DNA from: Octopus sinensis
Lineage: Eukaryota
NCBI RefSeq assembly: GCF_006345805.1
Contig: NW_021833835.1
Span: 1 to 61,276, forward strand
DNA: 61,276 bases
Reading direction: 5' to 3'
Positions 24,987 through 38,730 of the stretch are shown here, piece after piece. Under the pieces are notes generated by a model. It saw only the letters and a program-made list of their open reading frames with translations, searched no databases and was not told where the DNA came from. Within the stretch, counting starts at the first letter, position 1; each line of letters starts with the position of its first letter. The position numbers and the translations under genes are program-made.

Positions 24987-25027
24987 CTCTTTTTCCACAC
25001 ACTCACGCACACACAAACACACACATA

Positions 25028-25429
25028 TACTCTTTTACTCTTTTACTTGTTTCAGACATTTGACTGCGGCCATGCTGGAGCACCGCCTGTAGCCGAGCAA
25101 ATCCACCACAGGGCTTATTCTTTGTAAGTCTAGTACTTATTCTATCGGTGTCTTTTGCCGAACCGCTAAGTTACGGGGACCTAAACATACCAACATCGGT
25201 TGACAAGCGATGTTGAGGGGGGGGGGACAAACACAAACACACACACGCACACATATACATATACATATATACGACGGGCTTCTTTCAGTTTTCGTCTACC
25301 AAATCCACTCACAAGGCTTTGGTCGGCCCGAGGCTATAGTAGAAGACACTTGCCATGGTTGCCACGCAGTGGGACTGAACCCGGAACCATGTGTTTGGTA
25401 AGCAAGCTACTTACCACACAACCACTCCT
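25028..25429 (-). mobile_element. SINE family A, full length
   Basis: Complete tail-body-microsatellite-head arrangement. Confidence 0.92.
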
Positions 25430-26379
25430 CGGATGTTGTTATACATCACTGGTCGTCCACGCACTTCGCATCGTTTTTAGCTTTCGAATGATGCCATCCT
25501 CACTGACTAGGCGAGCAGGTCAACATATCCCCAGATCGGAAAACCAGTCCATCGCCGTGTTACCCATTCGCAGTTGTCGTTCGTAATTTCGCTCTTGTTC
25601 ATTATATTTCTACATTTATATCTCTGACGCAAGACGAACTATCCGAAACGTTAAACCTCAGTTGTTTGTGATATTAAACAAGCTCTATTATTTGAATAAT
25701 ATGTATTAGCTTTTGCCGAGTCACAACATTACTAGTTCCATTGGTTTCTGGAACCCGATTCAAACATCAGGTAGCCAGACTTGCAATAGGTCAAGTAGAA
25801 AATGAAACAGAACCACTCTCACATTACACTCACATACACATACACACACACATATACATATACATGCACACAGAGACACACATGCATACACACATATGCA
25901 CACGCACACTTATGGAGGTTGCAAACACATTCGGAAAACACAAAACTCAGACACAAACACGGATAAATATAAGAGTGTGAAAGTGAATGATAGAGAGGGT
26001 GGGGCGGCGAAGGAGGTAGCAGATAAATATATAAAAAAAAAACATACAATAAGTGGAACGTGTTGAGGAATAAAAGAATAAGGGAATAAAAAAGAAAGAA
26101 TAAAGGAATATAAAGAGGTTTATGTAGGGAGTCAGTGAGGCATGAATTAAGGGGAATCCCGGATGGGAGAATATGGAGGAATGAAACAGAATGAAGAGAA
26201 TGTAGTGTGCTGGAAGTGGTGGGGTGGGGTGGGGTGGTAGGATGAGTGAGGGTCGTTTGGGGGTGGGGAGAAGACAATAAGTGGAGTTTGATGATGATGG
26301 CGATGAGGTGTGTTTTGGGCTGGAGAGTAGAGGAGGAGGGTGGGTTAAGAAGGGAAAGGTACAGTGAGACGGAGTGAGA

Positions 26380-29300
26380 ACGAGAATATGGTAGACGTGG
26401 CGGCGGTGGCGGTGGCAGTAGTGGTGATGGTGGCGGCGGTGGTGGTGGTGGTGGTGGTGGCGGCGGCAGTGGTGGTGGCGGTGGTGGTGGAGGTGGTGGT
26501 GTTGATGTTGGTGGTGGTTATGTTGGGTGTGGTGGAAATGGAAGTGACGGTGTTGGTGTTGGTGAAGGTGCAGGAGGTGGTGCAGACGGTAGAAATGATG
26601 GTAGTGGAGGTGGTGAGGGTGTTGGTAGTTGTGTTAGCGATGTAATGGCGATGACAAAGGCGGCGGTAAAAAAACGCGGTAGTTGTGGTGGTAATGGTGG
26701 TGGTGGAGGTGGTGGTGGTGATAGTTATGATGGAGATTGTGGAGGATATGTTGGTGGCGGTGACTGTGGTGGTGGTGGTTGTAGTGGTGGTGGTTGTGGT
26801 GCTGGTGGTGGTAGTGGTGGTGGTGGAGGTGGTGGTAGTGGGGGGCGGTGATAGTTATGATGGAGATTGTGGAGGATATGTTGGTGGCGGTGACTGTGGT
26901 GGTGGTGGTTGTAGAGGTGGTGTGGTTGTGGTGCTGGTGGTGGTAGTGGTGGTGGTGGAGGTGGTGGTGGCGGTGGCGGTGATGGTTATGATGGAGATTG
27001 TGGTAATATATTGGTGGCGGCGACGGTGGTGGTGGTTGTGGTGATGGTGGTGGTGGTGATTGTGGTGGTGGAGGTGGTGGTGGTGGAGGTGGTGGAGGTG
27101 GCGGTGATAGTTATGATGGAGATTGTGGAGGATATATTGGTGGCGGCGACGGTGGTGGTGGTGGTTGTGGTGGTGGAAGTGGTGGTGGTGGTGGTGGTGG
27201 TGGCGGTGAGAGTTATGATGGATTGTGGATGGATTGGTGATGTGTGGTGGTGGTGGTGGTGGTGTTGTGGTGGTGGTGGTTGGTGGTAGGTGGTGGTGGT
27301 GTGTGGTGGGTGGTGGATGGCGTGCGGCGATAGTTATGATGGAGATTGTGGAGGATATGTTGGTGGCGGCGACGGTGGTGGTGGTGGTGGTGGTGGTGGT
27401 GGAGGTGGTGGCGATGATGGAAGTGGTTGTAATGATGGCTGTGATGGAAGCTATGGTGGTAAACGTAGTTATGATGATGATGATGATGAAGATGATGATG
27501 ATGATGATGGCGGTGCTGCTGTGCTGCTGCTAGCGGAGGAGGTGTGTTGGAAATAACAATTAAAATGTCGACAGATAAGGGTGGTGTGCGGGTATAAGTA
27601 TGTCGTTGTATTGTGAAGATATAATGCGGGTAGCTAAAAATTACGGTATGCATGTGTCTAAGGCTGGAGCAGCCGGGTGGAGGAAGAAAGGGAGAGATGA
27701 GCATGCACACGAAATCTGAGTCCGAATCTCGGGTAGGTGGGGTACTAAAGCTTGCAATATACATCATAACGGTAACGTAGAGGAGGTAGTGGTGGTTAAA
27801 GCGGTGGTACTGGAGGTAATTTGGTAATAGTGGTGGAAGTAGTGTTGTTGGTAGTGATGATATTGTCGATGCTCGGAGTGCAGTAAGTGGTATCGGTAGT
27901 AGTAGTGGTGGTGATGGTGGTGGTGGTGTGGTGGTGGTGGCGCGGCAGTAATAGTGGTAGAGGTGGTAATGATAGTGGTGGTAGTCGTGGCAATGTTGAC
28001 GATGCTAGGTAAGGTTGTTACAGTGATAGTGCGATGGTGGGGTGGCTATTGTGCAATGGTGGTGGTGGTGGTAGAGATGATTCTGGGAGGATTTCGGGTG
28101 GTAGAAGAATGAGATAGGAGTCTGTTCGCACTGATGATGAATAAGCATGGATTGTGGGGTGCCCGTAGAAAGTATGAGAGGGGTGATGGTAGTGATGCTG
28201 GGTAGAAGGGATGGTGGTCATGAGAGAGAGAGGGGGGGTTTAGTGAGTGTGTAGGTGGTGCTAGAGAAGGTGTGTTAATGAAAGTGGAAGTGGTGGTAAT
28301 GGAGGTGAAATTGTTGATGAAGGGGTGGCAGAGGAAGTGGGGTGTTTGTTGTTTTTGGTGGTGGTTGTGGTGTTAGTGGTGGTTGTGGCGTTAGTGGTGG
28401 TTGTAGTGTTAGTGGTCGTTCTGTTGTTAGTGGTAGCTGTGGCGATGTTGGTGGTTGTGGTGTTGGTAGTAGTTGTGGGTGATGGTGGTGGTTGCGGTGT
28501 TAGTGGTGGTTATGATGGTGGTGGTTGTAGTGTTAGTGGTCGTTCTGTTGTTAGTGGTGGTTGTGGCGATGGTGATGGTTGTGGTGTTGGTAGTAGTTGT
28601 GGGTGATGGTGGTGGTTGCGGTGTTAGTGGTGGTTATGATGTTGGTTATGGTTGTAGTGTTAGTGGTCGTTCTGTTGTTAGTGGTAGTTGTGGCGATGGT
28701 GGTGGTTGTGGTGTTGGTAGTAGTTGTGGGTGATGGAGGTGGTTGTGGCTGATGGAGGTGGTTGTGGCTGATGGTGGTGGTTGTGGTGTTGGTGGTGGTT
28801 GTGGGGGTCGTGGCGGTTGTGGTGGTGGTTGTGGTGTTGGTTGTTGTGGTGGTGTTGGTGGTGGTAGTGGTAGAGAGGTGGTTGTGATGGTGTTGGTGGT
28901 TGTAGTGTAGAAAATGAGACTGGTGATGATAGTTTTCGCGAGTGGTGTATGGTGTTAATGTTCGAGTGAGTGGTATGGTAGGTTGCGTGGTATAGTTGTG
29001 GTAGTTGTAGTGGTGATTCCGGGTGGTAGTAAAAAATAAAGAAGATATATGATGGCGGTGGTATTCATGGTAGGTGGCAGTGGAAGATGGAGTGGGGCGG
29101 CAAAGCTATCAGTAGTTGCTTATGATGGTAGTGGTGGTGGTAACGGCAGAACGTGTAGGTGGTATTGGTGGTGGTGTGGTGGTGGTGGTGGTGGTGGTGG
29201 CGGTGGTGGTGGCGGTGGTGGTAATGACAGGGTGTGTTGGTGGTGATGGTAGTAACGACAGGGTGTATTGGTGGTGATGGTGGTGGTGGTGGTAGTGGTG

Positions 29301-29640
29301 GTGGTGGTGATGCTGGTGGTGGTGGTGGTGGTGGTGGTGGTGGTAGTGGTGGTAATGCTAATGACAGGGCGTGTTGGTGATGATAGTGGTGGTGGTTGCT
29401 AGTAGTTGTGGTGGTAGTGGTAGTTGTTAGTGGTGGTGATGGTTGTGGTGGTGGTAGTGGTAATGTTTAAGGTTACTGAATGTAACGGTGGTGGTGGTAT
29501 TGGGAGTTGTTAGTGGTGACGGTTATGATAGCTGTGGTGGTTGGTATCAGTGGTGTTGGTGTTGTTGTTGTTGTTGATGTTGGCGGTGGTGGTTGTAGTG
29601 TTGTAGTGTGGTGGTGGTAGTGCGGGTAGGTGGTGGGTGC
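26380..29640. repeat. (GGT)n-derived G-rich low-complexity domain with nested minisatellites
   Basis: ~3.2 kb dominated by GGT variants. A ~100-130-bp unit containing gatagttatgatggagattgtggaggatatg recurs six times (26720-27360) and a ~125-bp unit recurs three times (28370-28735). Confidence 0.95.
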
Positions 29641-30002
29641 AGTGGTCAGGCTGATTTAATAGCCGCGATGATGAATAAAGATGAAGTATTTTCTAAGTGT
29701 TTCTTTTTGATTGATTAAAAGGGAAATGATGGCGTGTTAATGGCGGAAAGAAAGGAAACGAGACAGAAAGAGAGAACGACAGAGAAGCAAGAAGCGGAAG
29801 CTGAAGGGAGAGTCAGATAACTATAGAGATTGAAAGAGAAGGGGAGAAAGGGGGTTAAAAAAGAAAAAGACAGAGACAGAGATAAGACTGGAGAGAGACA
29901 GAAGTGAAAGTGAGAGAAAAGAGGGTGACAAAGAAGTATACAGCGTTATATTTCTGTCTATCTGTCTGTCTGTCTGTTAGTCTGTCAGTCTGTCTATCTA
30001 TC

Positions 30003-30063
<61 letters not shown>

Positions 30064-30247
30064 CTATTTTTCTGTCTATATGTATCCCTCTCTCCCTCTC
30101 TCTCTCTCTCTTCTATATATATATTATCTATCTGTCAATCTGTTTTATCAGTCCGTCTGTCTATTTCTCTCTCTCACTCTCTGTCACACTCTCTCATTCT
30201 CTCTCGCTCTCTCTCACTTTCGCTTTCTCTCTCTATTTCTGTCTGTG

Positions 30248-30400
<153 letters not shown>

Positions 30401-30415
30401 GTCTCTATATATATA

Positions 30416-30448
<33 letters not shown>

Positions 30449-30547
30449 ATATCTATCTGTTTCTCTGTCTGGCTGTGTGTGTGTCTCTCTCTCTCTGTGT
30501 AGATCTATCTATATATCTTTCACCATACACACACATACACAGTAACA

Positions 30548-30584
<37 letters not shown>

Positions 30585-31185
30585 ATACGTGTGAGTGTTT
30601 ATATGATTGCATGTAAATATGTTAGAGAACGAGAAAGATGAGGGGGGAGACAAATAGACAGACAGGTAGACAGACAGACAGACTTCCAGACGGCAGAGAA
30701 TGTGGAACATTAAAACAGAAGCTAGAGGGAGAGAAAGAGAAAGAGAGTTGGAGAGAATTCAAGAGAGAGAGATGGGGAGGAGGAGGAGGAGGAGGAGGAG
30801 GAGAGCGGGAGGGAAAGAGAGAGTAAATGAAAGCGAAATATGATAAAACAAAAGGAACTGAAGTGGTTTGTGGGCGATAGAGACGGATTAAAGCTATAAT
30901 CCCTGTCCAGGGGTAACACCATCTGGCCGTTGAGGTGCATAGAAAGGGTGGGCGAAAGCACAGTCACACTGTTGCAATTATTCTGTGCAGGCCCATGGAT
31001 AAGTCATGTACTATGACTTCTTAGTCGCTTGCCTCCAATCAGGATAAGAGACCCTCGAAACATCGTAGGGTCCCAATTGTGGTTCTTTCTCCGTGTAAGC
31101 CATAAAATGAAACAAAAATCTATACGAAGCTTGAAGGCAAAGAACGAAGAGAAGAAAGAAAGAAGGACTAAAAGTACAGGGGGGA

Positions 31186-31216
<31 letters not shown>

Positions 31217-31287
31217 GAGAGGGAAGGGAAATATGGTGAAGTCTAAATTGAGGTAGAGAAGGAGAGGGATGAGAAAATTGTAGTTAG

Positions 31288-31447
31288 GTGTAGGAGTGGC
31301 TGTAGTAAGTAGCTTGCTTACCAACAACATGGTTCCGGGTTCAGTCCCACTACGTGACACCTTGGGCAAGTGTCTTCTACTATAGCCCCGGGCCGACCAA
31401 AGCCTTGTGAGTGGATTTGGTAGACGGAAACTGAAAGAAGCCTATCG

Positions 31448-31478
<31 letters not shown>

Positions 31479-31832
31479 TGTATATATGTATGTGTGTGTA
31501 TATGTTTGTGTGTCTGTGTTTGTCCTCCCCACCACCAACATCGCTTGACAACCGATGCTGGTGTGTTTACGTCTCTTTAACATAGCGGTTCGGCAAAAGT
31601 CACCAATAGAATAAGTTCAAGGCTTACAAACATATTTCTTTACTACCTACAAGAGGCTAAACACAGAGTGGACAAACAAGGACAGACAAATGGATTAAAT
31701 CGATTACATCAACCCCATTGCGTAACTGGTACTTAAATTACCGACCCTGAAAGGATGAAAGGCAAACAATAAGTCCCTTGATCGATTTCTTCGACTAAAG
31801 GCGGTGCTTCAGCATGAAAAGAGTAAAAGAGT
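31288..31832 (+). mobile_element. SINE family A with an antisense SINE B tail inserted at ~31633-31766
   Basis: Family A head and body are interrupted after ggcttacaaac and resume at aataagtccc. Confidence 0.85.
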
Positions 31833-31882
31833 TAGATTTTGGTAGAAAGAGCATCCCAAAAGGCTTTCGTAAAATATAATCT

Positions 31883-32072
31883 TTTCTACTCTAGGCACAA
31901 GGCCTGAAATTTCTTTAGTGGGGAGGCCAGTCGATTAGATCGACTCCAGTACGCAACTGGTACTTAATTTATCGACCCCCAAAAGTCGACTTCGGCAGAA
32001 TTTGAACTCAAAACGTAAAGACAGACGAAACATTTTGCCTAGTGTGCTAACGTTTCTGCCAGATCGCTGCCT
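31883..32072 (-). mobile_element. SINE family B
   Basis: cagtacgcaactggtacttaatttatcgacccc..gtcgacttcggcagaatttgaactca..ctaacgtttctgccag. Confidence 0.82.
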
Positions 32073-32463
32073 TAATTTCGTAAAATATAATGAAAGACAA
32101 AAGGAGGAAAGATTAGAATACACACACTCACACGCTCGCGCACGGGCGCGCACACACACACACACACACATACACACAGACTCACACACACATGCACACA
32201 CATGCACACGCACACATATACATGCGCGCACACACACACACACACACCCATTCATTTCGTCGGGTGTGAAATTCGAGAGTAAGACTTTTACACGTTATTC
32301 TTTTAAAACATTTATGAAACTTTAAACCTTAACTTACAAGGAAATGTACGTATGTCTATGTATGCATATATGTATGTATATATGTATGTGTATGTATATA
32401 TATAAGTATATGTATACATATATATATATACATACACATACATACAAACACATGCACATACAG

Positions 32464-32505
<42 letters not shown>

Positions 32506-32568
32506 CATATATAAATATGAATACACATATACGTACAAATATAGGTATATTATATATATTTATTCATG

Positions 32569-32608
<40 letters not shown>

Positions 32609-32992
32609 CATACATAGACACACGTACAAACATCTGTGTGTGTGTGTGCGCGTTTGTGTGAGTGTACACCTAAAAATAATTTGTAATTACAATTAACAAA
32701 TAAATAAACATGTTAATAATTATAAAGCTGAAATTGGCGAGATTTCCTTAATGAAATGTCAATGGTAAACAAATATAAATATTTTACAATTTATAGACAC
32801 AATTATCTTTCTAAAAGTTGTCTGTTGTTGTTTTAGGAATGTTATTAACAGTGGTAATTAAATAATGAATATCTAATTGAATATGTAACAGCTACCATTA
32901 ACAGAAGATGATGGTTTATTCTTTCATCAACAGTAGTGAAACACATTGGTTTTCGTAACATAGTATAGTATATATATATATATATATATATA

Positions 32993-33270
32993 TACTCTCT
33001 GTTTAATTGTTTCAGTCATTTGAATGTGGCCATGCCGGAGCACCGCCTTTAGTCGAGCAAATCGACCCCAGGACTTATTCTTTGTCAGCTTAGTACTTAT
33101 TCTATCGGTCTCTTTTGCCGAACTGCTACTTTCGGGAAAGAAACCAATAAAATAAGTACTACGCTTTCAAGAAATGTCATGCGGGTTATTTTTTTTACTA
33201 CGTACTTCAAGGCAGTGCTGCAGCATGGCCGTGGTTAAATGACTAAATCAACAAACAGAAAAAAAAGAAC
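32993..33270. mobile_element. Two SINE family A tails joined in inverted orientation
   Basis: 32993-33128 is a minus-strand tail; 33132-33270 is a more diverged plus-strand tail. Confidence 0.75.
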
Positions 33271-33301
33271 ATACATATACATACATACATACATACATAC
33301 A

Positions 33302-33335
<34 letters not shown>

Positions 33336-33759
33336 CCTACATACATACATATATACCTACATACGTACATATATAGGCGCTGGTGTGGCTGTGTGGTAAG
33401 AATCTTGCGCGCAGGGAAAGGGTTACACTGGAACTGTAAAAATCTGAAAAACGTTCCAGAAGTTGATCATTTAAATATAGATATGCAACTATATGCATGA
33501 GAATGTGAATGCGTGCGCTGTGTGTTTGTGTATGTGTGGGGGGAGAATCGAGGGATAAAATATCTATTCCAAGCGTCCTACACACATATAATTATAAATA
33601 TAGGTACAGCATATGTAACTGTGACGTAACGTCATGAATAACATGTCTCGTCATAAGATCGTATTCCCTAAACTCAACAACCATGTTCCTGATAGCCGTA
33701 CACCCGACGAAGAGCTGATTGTGCGTTCTCGTACAGAATTTCAATATATGTGTATATAA

Positions 33760-34218
33760 ATGTGGAGTGGAGTGAAAGCATTTGAAGAGGCAAGGATAAC
33801 GCATGTAAGACTCAAAAGAGATCTAAGGAAGAATGTAACGATCAAGAAGGGGAATGACCTTTTTGTGTGCACAGTCTGTGACAGACAAAGCCTGCCTTTG
33901 GCTGGGCTCAAATCTCACCTGCGAACCCAAAGAAAACGGACCTCCACCAACTATCCTGTCTATATGTCTGTGCACAGATTTGAATGCAGTGCAAGCCAGA
34001 AGGTTCGCAAATCCAACGGAGGCCTCAAAAGTCATTTTAAGACCCATAAAGATCAGAACTTATCTGCAGCTCTTGGTGGTCCAAATCGGATGTGCAATCT
34101 GTGTGGATGTCTTTTCAGAATATTGTCTGGTTTGAAAAGTTACATAAGTTGCCATGATGATGCTAGGGTGTAGGTACAGGAGGTGATCAAACTCTGTCTG
34201 AGGAGTATACAACCACCA

Positions 34219-34220
<2 letters not shown>
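33760..34220 (+). mobile_element. 3' end of an RTE-clade LINE with three C2H2-like zinc fingers
   Basis: ORF 33760-34173: GVKAFEEARI..KRDLRK (RTE C-terminal signature), then FVCTVCDR..GLKSHLRTQ, FECSASQK..GLKSHFKTH, CNLCGCLF..GLKSYISCH. Short 3' UTR ending in (ACC)n; 5'-truncated. Confidence 0.78.
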
Positions 34221-34261
<41 letters not shown>

Positions 34262-34749
34262 GTGGTGGTTTGTGTGTGTGTGTTATATAACAACAATACG
34301 GCACAACTATTTCACCTCAATTGCCCCGCTCTCTTTAACATTACACAAAACACATTTAAACAGAAACTGACTCTATAGGGTTCAAGAAGTCTTTGGACAG
34401 ATTCCTTCAAGAATCCCGGATAAACCCCCTACACCCGGATATGTCTCTGTAAACAATAACTCTCTACTTGAGTGGGCCATAGTGCCCAAATTCTGACTTG
34501 AAAGACTTCACCAGGTGGTGCTATTAAGTTAGACATGGCCTGGGCCGATAATGGCCGAAACCTATCAAAGTATATATATATACATATAGATAGATACATA
34601 GATAGATAGATAGAAAATAGATAGATACATACATATATACACACGTACATACACAAATACATATGCTGCTTATGTATTTGCGCGACTCTATATCTATTAT
34701 CTTCATGTCTATGTCTAGATTTATATCTATTTATGTCCTATCTCTCTCC

Positions 34750-34835
<86 letters not shown>

Positions 34836-35360
34836 ATAATATATATACATATATATACATATATATATATATATATGTGTGTGTGAATATATATATATAT
34901 ATATTATATATTCACATATGTGTTTTTATATGTTTGTCTCTCTGACTTTCTCTCTCCTTCTTTCGCTCTCTCCCTCCCTCTCTCTCTCTCTCTCTATCTA
35001 TGGAGGTATATATTCATACAATTATTAATGAAAGTTACATAACATGGAGTTAATAACCTTCACTTCACGTGCTAATGGATTATTATTGATTTTCTGACAT
35101 GGTTTCATCCAATAAGATTTAAGTGGAACACAACAGTAACCATCATCTTGATGTTGCTTTCATCAAAATACAAACAGACGTTAGATTAGTAATGGCATTG
35201 TTGATGCTGTTGTTGGTGCTGCTGTTTCGTTCCAGTGCAACCTTGAATCCAAAGTGACCTAAGTTCAACAGCATTTCTACAGCCGTTTACATCCCGTTCT
35301 TTTAGCTAATGCATCCATACTAATTTTACACGCGCGGAAGATTTTGCTGCTATTTCTAAT

Positions 35361-35642
35361 TTCTTTATTGCCCGCAAAGGGCTAAACATAGAGGGGACAA
35401 ACAAGGACAGACAAAGGGATTAAGTCGATTATATTGACCCCAGTGCGTAACTGGTACTTAATTTATCGACCCCGAAAGGACGGAAGGCAAAGTCGACCTC
35501 GGCGGAATTTGAACTCAGAACGTAAAGACCGACGAAATACCGCTAAGCATTTCGTCCGGCGTGCTAACGTTTCTTATTTCTTTACTGCCCAGAAGGGGCT
35601 ACACACTGGGGGGGGGGGAATAAAGGGATTAAGTCGATTACA
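35361..35642 (-). mobile_element. SINE family B with duplicated tail
   Basis: Clear match to the reverse complement of 58124-58333. Confidence 0.88.
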
Positions 35643-35977
35643 TTATTTGACAAAACATAGAAATATAGCCAAAACTGATTGGATGCAAGTACGACTGAGT
35701 GGATAAACGGTTACCTTCATAACCACGGAAATTCGGTTTCGAGTCCATTATCTTGCAACTCTGTTTGTCCATATAATACAAAATGGGACAAGAACGCAAA
35801 ACATACGGACAATTAGGTGATACAAAAAGAGACAACAAAACATCCAGATAGACCATACAAAGAAAACAAGGTCGGGTCATTCGAAGTTTTCTATCTTCAG
35901 TCAAGAACCAGATTATCCTCGCAATTTCGGCTGATTATTCTTGAGATTGCTCCATTCTGGCCAGCCACATAGAAAAT

Positions 35978-36028
<51 letters not shown>

Positions 36029-36132
36029 GTGTTATGCTAAGCAGCAGTATACTATTTGGCTTTTGACTTTATTATTACAACTATACATAAGGTTATGAGC
36101 TGGTAGGATCGTTGCCACGACGGGCAAAAACC

Positions 36133-36335
36133 ATTCTTTTATTCTTTTACTCTTTTACTTGAGCACCACCTTCAGGAGTTTTGTCGAACAAATTGACCCT
36201 AGGACTTATTCATTGTAAGCCAAGTACTTATTTTATCGGCCTCTTTTGGTGAGCCTCTAAATTGCTGGGACGAAAATACAACATAGGTTCCCAAACGATG
36301 GAGGAGTGGGACAAACACAGATACAAGCACACAAA
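36133..36335 (-). mobile_element. SINE family A, 3' part (diverged)
   Basis: ttcttttactcttttacttg..ggacttattc..aagtacttattttatcgg. Confidence 0.72.
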
Positions 36336-36381
36336 TACATACATACATACATACATACATACATACATACATACATACATA

Positions 36382-36538
36382 CGTGTGGTAAGTAGATTGC
36401 TTGCCAACCACATGGTCCCGAGTTCAGTCCCACTGCATGGCACATTAGGCAAGTGTCTTCTACTATATCCTCGGGCCGACCAAAGTCTTGTGAGTGGATT
36501 TGGTAGACGGAAACTGAAAGAAACCCATCGTATATATG

Positions 36539-36587
<49 letters not shown>

Positions 36588-36785
36588 ATGTGTTTGTATT
36601 TGACAACCGATGCTGGTGTGTTTACGTCCCCGTAAATTAGCGGTTAGGCAAAAGAGACCAATAGAATAAGTACTAGGCTTACATAAATAAATCCTGGGGT
36701 CGATTTGCTTGACTAAAGGCGGTGCTCCAGCATGGCCACAGTCACATGACTGAAACGAAAAAAGAGTAAAGAGTGAAAGAGAGAA
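36382..36785 (+). mobile_element. SINE family A, near full length
   Basis: Head gtgtggtaagtag..gagttcagtccc through tail aaagagtaaagag. Confidence 0.9.
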
Positions 36786-36803
36786 TATATATATATATAC
36801 ACA

Positions 36804-37440
36804 CAGCCTTGGCCAAACGTATTAGGCCAACCCAATGTTTTGGGGTTCTGCTATCTCGAAGCTAATGAAGCTCGTGCACATAACATATGGCATATTTCAC
36901 AATATACATTAGTTTTAATATTTTAATATTTGGTTGACCCACCTTTTGCATCAGTTACCGCTTTTATACTGTACTCTACACATGCAATCAATTACGAGTA
37001 AGACCAACGTTCAAAAAATTAACATGTTTTCTTGATTATTTCAGAGTTTTATGCTAAAATACGTTGCGGATACTGATAATAAACAGTAAAATGCCTAAAA
37101 TAAGGGAATTGAGTGAGTGTGAGCGAGGTCAAATCGTAGCTCATCCTGAAGATGGAATGTCACAAAGGCAAATTACTTAGAAGATGAAATGTTCTCAATA
37201 TGCGGTGCAAACGACTCTCAAGCGCTTCAGAGAGGCAAAAGATGAGAAGACAATACAAAGAACAGGTAGAAAAGAGGTTACATCACCTCGTGATGACAGA
37301 TCCATCATCCGTCAGTCGCTCAGAAATAGGAGAAAAACATCGTCGGAGCTCTGTACGGACCTCAATGAGGCAAGAACTTCACGAATATCAACCAGAACTG
37401 TTAGAAGAAGGCTTATAGAGAACTGCCTGAAAGGCTGTAC
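36804..37440 (+). mobile_element. Tc1-family transposon, 5' half (TIR + paired-like HTH of transposase, pseudogenised)
   Basis: TIR-like CAGCCTTGGCCAAACGTATTAG. ORF from 37091: MPKIRELSECERGQIV..GMSQRQIT*..TGRKEVTSPRDDRSI..ISTRTVRRRL. Truncated by (CA)n before the DDE domain. Confidence 0.9.
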
Positions 37441-37516
37441 ACACAGACACACACACACACCACACACACACACACACACATACACACACACACACACACA
37501 CACATACACACACACG

Positions 37517-37673
37517 ACATGCTTCTTTCAGTGTCCGTCTACCAAAACCAATCACAAGGGTTTCGTCGGCCAGAGGCAATAGTAGAAGATACTTGCCCGA
37601 GATGCCACGCAGTGGGACTGAACCCTGAATCATGTGGTCGGGAAGTAAGCGTCTTACCACACAAGCATACCTG
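37517..37673 (-). mobile_element. SINE family A, 5' part
   Basis: gcttctttcagt..ccgtctacc..agtagaagatacttgccc..gccacgcagtgggactgaaccc. Confidence 0.8.
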
Positions 37674-38225
37674 CGATTTCGTCCATCGTTACATTCTAAG
37701 TTGAAACACCGCGGGGGTCAACTTCTTTTCACCCTTATATCTGAAACCATGCACACTTAAATATCCATTAAAATTATACAAGGACATCTTTATTAATTTT
37801 CTGATTGCGTTTCTCTCACAGCAATGTTGATGGAGAAACTTTGCTTATACTTTCTACCAACAAGCATACAAACACACAAACATGATCACACACACACGCT
37901 CACACACACACATACACACACACCACACACACACACACACACGCACACACAAACACATACACACACTCACACACAAAAAAAACATGTTCAAATATCAACA
38001 TTTTATTCGCAGGGAATTTCATTTTTATCTACGTATATATTTTTTTCCTTTCTGGATTATTACATGCTGTTTCTTTCCCTATGTATGCCTCTGTCTGTGT
38101 GTGTATGTGTGTATGAGTGTGTGTAGATGTGTATAGTCACATGAATACAAAATGCCCTTAAAATACGAAGAGTATTTATAGCCGACCCCACATATATATA
38201 TATATATATATACAATCGCATATAC

Positions 38226-38265
<40 letters not shown>

Positions 38266-38610
38266 TATATATACACATATGTATGTATACACACACTCAC
38301 ACAAGCTGCTTCTCTGTCTAACTGTCAGTCTGCCTGTTGATCTGTGTATCAATATATGATGCTTCCGAGCTCAAAGATGTCTGCCTCTATATGTGTATGC
38401 ATGCATGATTCTTAATCTTTGTATATGTTTGATTGAATGTATATGTGTGTGTATACATAACACACACACACACATACACATATATATGTAACCGTACATG
38501 CATGTTGGTAGATAGATAGATTGATAGGCAAATGGGGGGATAGATAATAGATATACAGCTGGATAGACAGAGAAATGTTGATAGATAGATAGATAATAGA
38601 TAGATGGATG

Positions 38611-38650
<40 letters not shown>

Positions 38651-38651
38651 T

Positions 38652-38730
<79 letters not shown>

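Noticed and set aside
26645-27556. Gly/Cys/Tyr-rich structural protein (GGDSYDGDCGGYVGG repeats)
   Set aside because: Single mutations of GGT codons cannot create stops, so open frames are expected. The frame shifts repeatedly and there is no signal peptide or clear splice site.
30880-31100. Possible decayed CR1/Jockey-type LINE fragment on minus
   Set aside because: Only a vague peptide resemblance (LIGGKRL..LNG); not supportable without alignment.
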